DNA of 64,000 bases from the human T2T-CHM13v2.0 reference genome, Homo sapiens, in the NCBI RefSeq assembly GCF_009914755.1, contig NC_060925.1, one strand, 5' to 3'. Every line of letters begins with the position of its first letter. Position 1 is the stretch's first letter. Positions 56,248 to 64,000 of this stretch are shown here, piece after piece. The position numbers and the translations under genes are program-made. The notes beneath the pieces were generated by a model that did no database searches, was not told the DNA's origin, and saw only the letters and a program-made list of their open reading frames with translations.

Positions 56248-56844
56248 GGACCAGTTTGAGTGAGAAGGGAAAGTCTGCCATCGTGTTCCGAAGATAAACT
56301 TTGGAGTCGCACAGACCTGGGTTTGAATCCCAGCTCTACCCGTTTCCAGGTTTGTGGTTTTGAAGAAGTTCCTTATCTTCTCTGGTTTTGGGCTTTGTAT
56401 CTGAGCAACAGGTATAATAATGCCTCCTCTGACCCTAGAGAAGTAACAGTATACAATGTCCACATACAGACTTAGCTGAATTCTTTGAGCTCTCACTATC
56501 TACTAGGCCCCAACCTAACTCTTCCCACCTCTAACTTCATTTGCTCCTCATCACACCCCATGGGGTGGATACTCAGAGTTGAGTCACCTGCCTGAGGTCA
56601 TGCAGCGTGGAGGTGGCAGAGCTGGGGTTCCGTGGCCTGCCTGAGCTCCTCTTGCCCTTCTCTTTCTCAGTCCCGCTTGTGCTTGGCTATGGCTGCAGTA
56701 GTTCTGATCCTGCGAAGAGCTTCAAGGTGAAGCCGGATTCAGGATTTCCCAGGGATTCTCTAGCAGCCTCCATTATTCCCCGGGGAGTGCGGGCAGCTGG
56801 GGACTCAGGGTGTGGCTCCTCTTGACTCTCTCCCTGAGGCATAA

Positions 56845-57405
<561 letters not shown>

Positions 57406-57989
57406 TAAACCTGCCTGGCAGGCAGCACCAAAGGCACATCACCCTAGAGAATCATTTCCTGGAGCGTATCTCTCTCATTTTGGGGTCCCCCTCCCAAAGG
57501 CAGACCCCAAGACAGTGCTTGTTACAGGTAGTTTATGTAGGGCTTGATTCTGGGAACCAGGGGAAGAGAAGAGAGGATTCAAGTGCTACAAGTTAGACTT
57601 TGGTGTGGGGGACAGTGCTCCCTCTTGCTGGAACATTCTGAGAAGCCTTAGGAAATGCATCTCTGAACTGTCCACCAGGGGAGATGGAACGTTTACCCAC
57701 CAGTCTGTGTCCCTGCCAGTAGAGGTGGCCCCACAGGTGTTAACTCCCCTGTGTCCGGACTGTGCATCTGTGAATCCCTCTGCTGCTTCAGAGAAGGAGT
57801 TCCAAGCACTGTGAGGTGACCCTTGCAAGATGTTGCTGGAGGTCTGTGTAGAATTGGTCCCTGCAGCAGTGGCTGGAGAAGGCATGGCAGGGGCAGTGAG
57901 AGGATTTGCAGAGGGGTAGAATCCGCCAGTGTCCCCGGCTTTTTTGCTGTGTGCTGACCAAAAATCAGAGTGCCTTGACCCACGGCCTG

Positions 57990-58389
57990 TGACCAGGCCA
58001 GCTTCAATTTTTTTCACAGCACGTTTGAACCCAAACTAGGACCTTGAACATTCCTAGGCACTGCAAAAGATATCTAGGGTTACTAGAAAGAAATTGGCCC
58101 AGCCCTTTAGCCAAACTCCTTAAGCCCTCATGTAAATTCCATACCTCACCCCCTCGCTGCTGACATAACCTCAGTAGATGCCCCTTTTCTCTCACGGTCC
58201 CTCAGAGGATTGTCATAGCACTCTGTAAGTTCCCTAATGAGTACTTTGCACGGACTACCCTGGCGTTTAGGGCTTCTTTCTTTGGAATCTCTGCCCTGTC
58301 CTAGTACAGCTTGGGGCACTCCTTTGCGCGAACTCCCCTGCCATTGTTTTTTGGGGTGATTCCAGCTATGGATTTGCAGGGACGAAACA
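57990..58389 (+). mobile_element. MER73/MER74-like ERVL LTR fragment
   Basis: ccctggcgtttagggcttctttctttggaatc...ttggggcactcc...gggacgaaaca terminus. Confidence 0.6.
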
Positions 58390-58552
58390 ATAGGCGTGAA
58401 GGAGGGTGCACACCTGCATCTCTGCCTCGCTGGGTCACTCAGTCCCCAACCCCTGGCCTGGGAGTGCTGAGGGGTACCCTGCAGTAATAGTCCCTCTCGG
58501 TCCCTAGACTCCAAGACCACAGCTGGACTTCCATGCTTTTGTGTCTTCCATG

Positions 58553-58857
<305 letters not shown>

Positions 58858-58904
58858 TGATGAGCAACTGCTCTGTTCCAGCCCTGTGCTGGGCATATTC
58901 ACAT

Positions 58905-58966
58905 CTTTTTCTTCTCTCTCTCTCTTTTCTTTCTTTCTTTCTTTCTTTTCTTTCTTTCTTTCTTTC

Positions 58967-59025
<59 letters not shown>

Positions 59026-59818
59026 TTTCTTTCCTTCCTTCCTTCTTCCTTTCTTTCTTTCTTTCTTTCTTTTTCTTTCCTTCCTTCCTTCTTCCTTCCT
59101 TGCTTGCTTCCTTCCTTCTTTCCCTCCCTCCCTCCCTCCCTCCTTCCTTCCCTCCCTCCCTCTCTCTTTCTCTTTCCTTCTTTTTCTTTCGACTGTGTCT
59201 TGTTCTGTTACCCAGTGTATTAGTCTGTTGTCACACTGCTGATAAAGACATACTTGAAACTGGGAAGAAAAAGAGGTCTAATTGGACTTACAGTTCCACG
59301 TGGCTGGGGAGGCCTCAGAATCATGGCAGGAGGTGAAAGGCACTTCTTACATGGTGGTGGCAAAATAAAATGAGGAAGAAGCAAAAGCAGAAACCTCTGA
59401 TAAACCCATCAGATCTCATGAGACTTATTCACTATCACAAGAATAGCATGGGAAAGACTGGCCCCCCATGATTCAATTACCTCCCCCTGGATCCCTCCCA
59501 CAACACATGAGAATTCTAGGAGATACAATTCAAGTGGAGATTTGTGGGGGGACACAGCCAAACCATATCACCAGGCTGAAGTGCAGTGGCACAATCACAA
59601 CTCACCACATCCTTGAACTCCTGGGCTCATGTCGCCCTCTCCACTCCAAGCAGTGGGACTACAGGCTTGAGCCACCATGTCTGGCTAATTTTTTTTTTTG
59701 AGAAGTAGGGGCTCTTGCTGCTTTGCCAAGACTGGTCTCGAACTCCTGGCCTCAAGCAGTCTTCCTGCATCCCTCCCAAAATGCTGGGATTACAGGCATG
59801 AGCCACCACACCCGGCCA
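58905..59818 (-). mobile_element. AluJ-like SINE with long (TTTC/CTTC/CCTC) tail, split by a THE1 LTR
   Basis: Tail 58905-59190; Alu pieces 59190-59215 and 59571-59818. Confidence 0.88.
59216..59570 (-). mobile_element. THE1-family MaLR solo LTR
   Basis: 355 bp, tgtattagtc...ctgctgataaagacatac...gattcaattacctccc...cagccaaaccatatca; flanked by duplicated CCAG. Confidence 0.9.
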
Positions 59819-61779
59819 CTTTAACATCTTATTTGATCCTCCCAGTTCTACAAGGCAGTCGTTACTTCCCTCTGCATTTTACAAGGGAGGAAACCAGACT
59901 CAAAGAAGTAAAGAAACAAGCCCCAGGTTACTTGGCTGGGCAGGAGTGGGGTCAGGATTGGCAACCAGATGTCCCCCCTGCCCCCTGACCCCCACCATCA
60001 CGTCCCCTGCATCCCTACTTCCATCCCCTGCCTCTGCAGCTCGGCCTTCCAGGCCAGACCACCCAGGTGAAAGGCAGGCACTATATTTTACAAGGCAGGG
60101 AGCCCTGGGGAGGCGCCGAGTGGGAGGAGATGAAATAGGTGGCCATAGCTCTGCCAGGTGGCGGCTGTGCCCACTCTTAGTCCTGACAGCCCCCACCTCA
60201 AGCCATCCTGCAGCCCTCAGTCTTGTCTCTCCACCATCTCTTCCTCACCCGCCTAGACTCCCAGAAGGTCCTCATGGCCCATCTAGTCTGGACTTCCCTT
60301 AAAGTAGTGAAATCCTTTGTGGAAATGACATCTTACAGGGACTCCCGGCACATCACACAGATTAGAGCAGGTCTGGTCTGGTGGCAGTCAGGGTCAGGGA
60401 CAGGGTGCCACTTTCTCTTCCTCCTATTTAAGATGCCCCTGAGGCCATTGTGGAGAACCCTGGGGTCCCAAGGAATGTACTTTGAAAACCCCTAGTCTGG
60501 TCCATACCCCTCCTTGAGCAGGTGGGGGAAGGGGACCCAGTAAGGTCTCCTGACTTGTTCAAGGTCATCTGAGGAGTCAGGGGCAGAGGCAAGGCCTGAG
60601 TTGCATGGTGTCCCAGGCACGTCTCCCCAGAGTCCTCTACATTGCCAGGGGGTCTCCATGGAGCCTTCCAGAGCTGCACTTTGTGAAATCCCCTATGCAA
60701 ATGCCACGCCTGCCCGGGTGCTGCGTTTGCTCACAGCTGCAGAGGCTGGTGCTTCCAAAGCCTTATCACTAAAGCGGGCATCTCATTCCGGGCCTCCTGC
60801 ACCCTGCTCTCCAGGTGGAGATAAGGAGCATTATCTGTCTCAGAGAGCGGAGCTCCAGGAGCGGACTTAATAAATGGTGTTTGCCGTTGGGCGCTGTGTT
60901 CGGAAGAATCTCCTTGAAAAAAAACCCAGAAATAGCTCTGCGGGCTCCACATTCCCCAAGGCCTGACTTCCCCAGAAGACACAAGGACCAGGCAATGTGA
61001 GACCGTGGAAGACCCCTGCTTTTATAAGGCCCCTTTCTCAGGGGGAGCACCCAGAGAGGCCCCCAACATGACTCAGGGATGAGCTGGGCTACCAGCTGGC
61101 AAGACGAGTACCCAGGGTCCCGTTGGCCTCCATCTGGCTGTGTGGCTCAGTTAAGTCTCTGCACCTCTCCGGCCTCAGTTTCTCCATCTGTCCCAGAAGC
61201 CCTTGGCCTGGATAATCCCTGGTTCCTTAGTAGTTCAGGCAGCCTTTGTCTTCTGAACCCCATGCTGCCTTGGGTTCCACGGATGCAGGTAAGTCTTGGG
61301 GGTTCCCGCCCCACCTGCATGCTCAGGGAAGGCTCTCCACTGCCGCATTCCCCCGCTGCCAGTGGCTCCCACCTGCTCCCCTCCCAGAGGGCTGACTCCA
61401 AAGGAAGCCTGTCCTTTGTCAGCAGAGCTGCCTTGCCCGGCAAAGAGGCTTTCATCTCTGTGCATAGGACTTCCCGCCGCATCAGCAGAAACTTCTGGCT
61501 GCTTAGTGCAGGGACTAGGGGGTGGCTCAGTTGTTGAGGGCGCAAACTTTGGAGTAAAGCGACCCTGGCCTTGAATTCTGGCTTTGCCATTTATTCTGTC
61601 TGACCTTGAGCTAGTTGCTTAACCTTCATCTGACTCCGCATCCCTAACTGGGATATGGAGACTAATAACAATATGTAATTAAATTATAGGAATGACTCAA
61701 GAAATAAATGATAACAAGTGTAAAACACCCAGCACACAGCCTGGTGCCTGGTGCCTGGTAGAGACTCTATTATGATAAA

Positions 61780-62230
61780 CTGATTGCATTAACAACCTCA
61801 AGTTTTCAGTCTTTCCCATACCTAGAGGCTTTGCAATGAGACTTTGAAGTTGCTTTCACTCAAGAAGCAGAGGTGATCTCCCCATCCTCTGCACCTGGTC
61901 TGGCTTTGTGATGTGCTGTGGCCATAGAATGTGGTGGAAGCAATGATGGGCCAGATCAGAGTCTAGGCCTTGTACATTTCCACTGGCATGCTCTTGCACT
62001 TCCGTTGTCAGAAGAACATTCCTGGCTACCTAGTGGAGAGGAGACATGGGGAGGAGCTGAGTTGCCCTAATTGAAGCCAGCCCAGATCAGTCAACCAACC
62101 CCATGACACAAACCAGAGCCATCCAACTGACCCACAGACTCATAAACTTAAGAAATGCCAGTTGTTTCAAGCCACTGAGTTTTGGGCTGGTTTGTTACAC
62201 AGCATTGTTATGGCACTAGATAACTGATAT
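61780..62230 (+). mobile_element. MLT1H/I-like LTR
   Basis: gttgtttcaagccactgagttttgggctggtttgttacacagca...agataactgata terminus. Confidence 0.65.
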
Positions 62231-63033
62231 AGATACTTGTATGATTTACTTTAGAATGACAGAGGTAGCCCTGTGTACTAACTTGCTATGTGGCCTTGGG
62301 GAAGTCACATCTTTCTGAACTGTGAGTTCCTATTTGCTAAGTGGCAGTCTTAACACCCAGGGCTTTCGTGGTGACAGTTCTCGCTAAGCTTCGTTGCTAG
62401 AATTAGACTGGGGTTTGAACGTTAGCTTCACCCCTTTCTTCATGCCTGAACTTGACTTATCACTTGGCCTGTCTGAGCCTCATTTCCTTCCCTTGCTGGG
62501 TAATCAAGCCATCTTACAGGACTGTCGTACAGATTACAAATTCTTACAGGAAGGGCTGAGTCCAGTGCTTGGCACATATTAGGGACTTGTTCCAGTTATC
62601 TATTGCTGCATCCCAACACACCCCAACACTTTGAGGTTTAAAACAACAGCTATTGATCGTTTTCTTAATTCTATGGGCTAATGGGTTGAGTTTTCTGCTC
62701 AATCTGTGTTCCGTAGGGTGGTGGGGTAGGGGCAGGGGGGAGTGTTCCTGGGAATTGAAAACTGGGAGTGTCCTAGGCCACCTGAGATGAGTTGGTCACC
62801 TTGTTATTGCCTGGATCATTCATGTAGCTGCAGCCGCTGTAGGCTTGCTGGGCTGGGGGGATCCAGGATGGCTTCAGTCATGTGGTTGGCAGTTGGTGCT
62901 AGCTGTGGACTGGGAGCTCAGCTAGTACTCTCTGCCAGGGCTTCTAGGTTTTTCTTTATAGCCTGGACTTCCTTACAGCATGCAGTTCTCAAGGCAGCAT
63001 TCCAAGAGGGAGTGTCCCAAGAGTGAAAGCCCA

Positions 63034-63778
<745 letters not shown>

Positions 63779-64000
63779 CTAATGCCCCAAAGACCAAAGC
63801 AAGGGGCATGGCCTCCCCCAGAGTCAATGTGAGAGGGGACTTCAGGAGGGCAGAAACACTGAGAGGCATGGTTCACTGGGACCACCAGCAGATGTGCTGG
63901 TCTGCCGCAGATCCATAGGTAGTTTGAGTTGTTACTGTGGTTATTATCCCTATAATGAAAGGCCTGGATTGATGATCTCTGAGGTCACTCCCTTCCAGTG

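Overview
Primate (almost certainly human) genomic DNA, GC-rich and dense in Alu/MIR/L2/LTR repeats. The first ~29 kb is the 3' end of ARHGEF10L on the + strand: three coding exons (17555-17729, 26445-26567, 28140-28672) joined in frame through canonical AG/GT sites, ending ...[13 protein letters not shown]-stop, then a ~490-nt 3'UTR with two AATAAA signals. The remaining ~35 kb shows no recognisable coding exon. It holds Alus, MaLR/ERV solo LTRs (with nested insertions), old LINE and DNA-transposon fragments, and several AT-rich, homeobox/POU-motif-rich islands that look like enhancers. The most unusual structures are three large intronic tandem repeats: a ~1 kb GCAGGTGT/UG-rich array ending at a consensus splice donor, a 14x28-bp minisatellite whose variation is almost all in a 4-nt CpG spot, and a ~1.5 kb near-pure pyrimidine tract with no AG that ends at a candidate splice acceptor. 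Nearly all listed ORFs are spurious. I cannot demonstrate a new system from sequence alone. The best hypotheses are repeat-controlled cryptic splicing or intronic polyadenylation of ARHGEF10L. Repeat family names come from recall of consensus sequences, not from a search.
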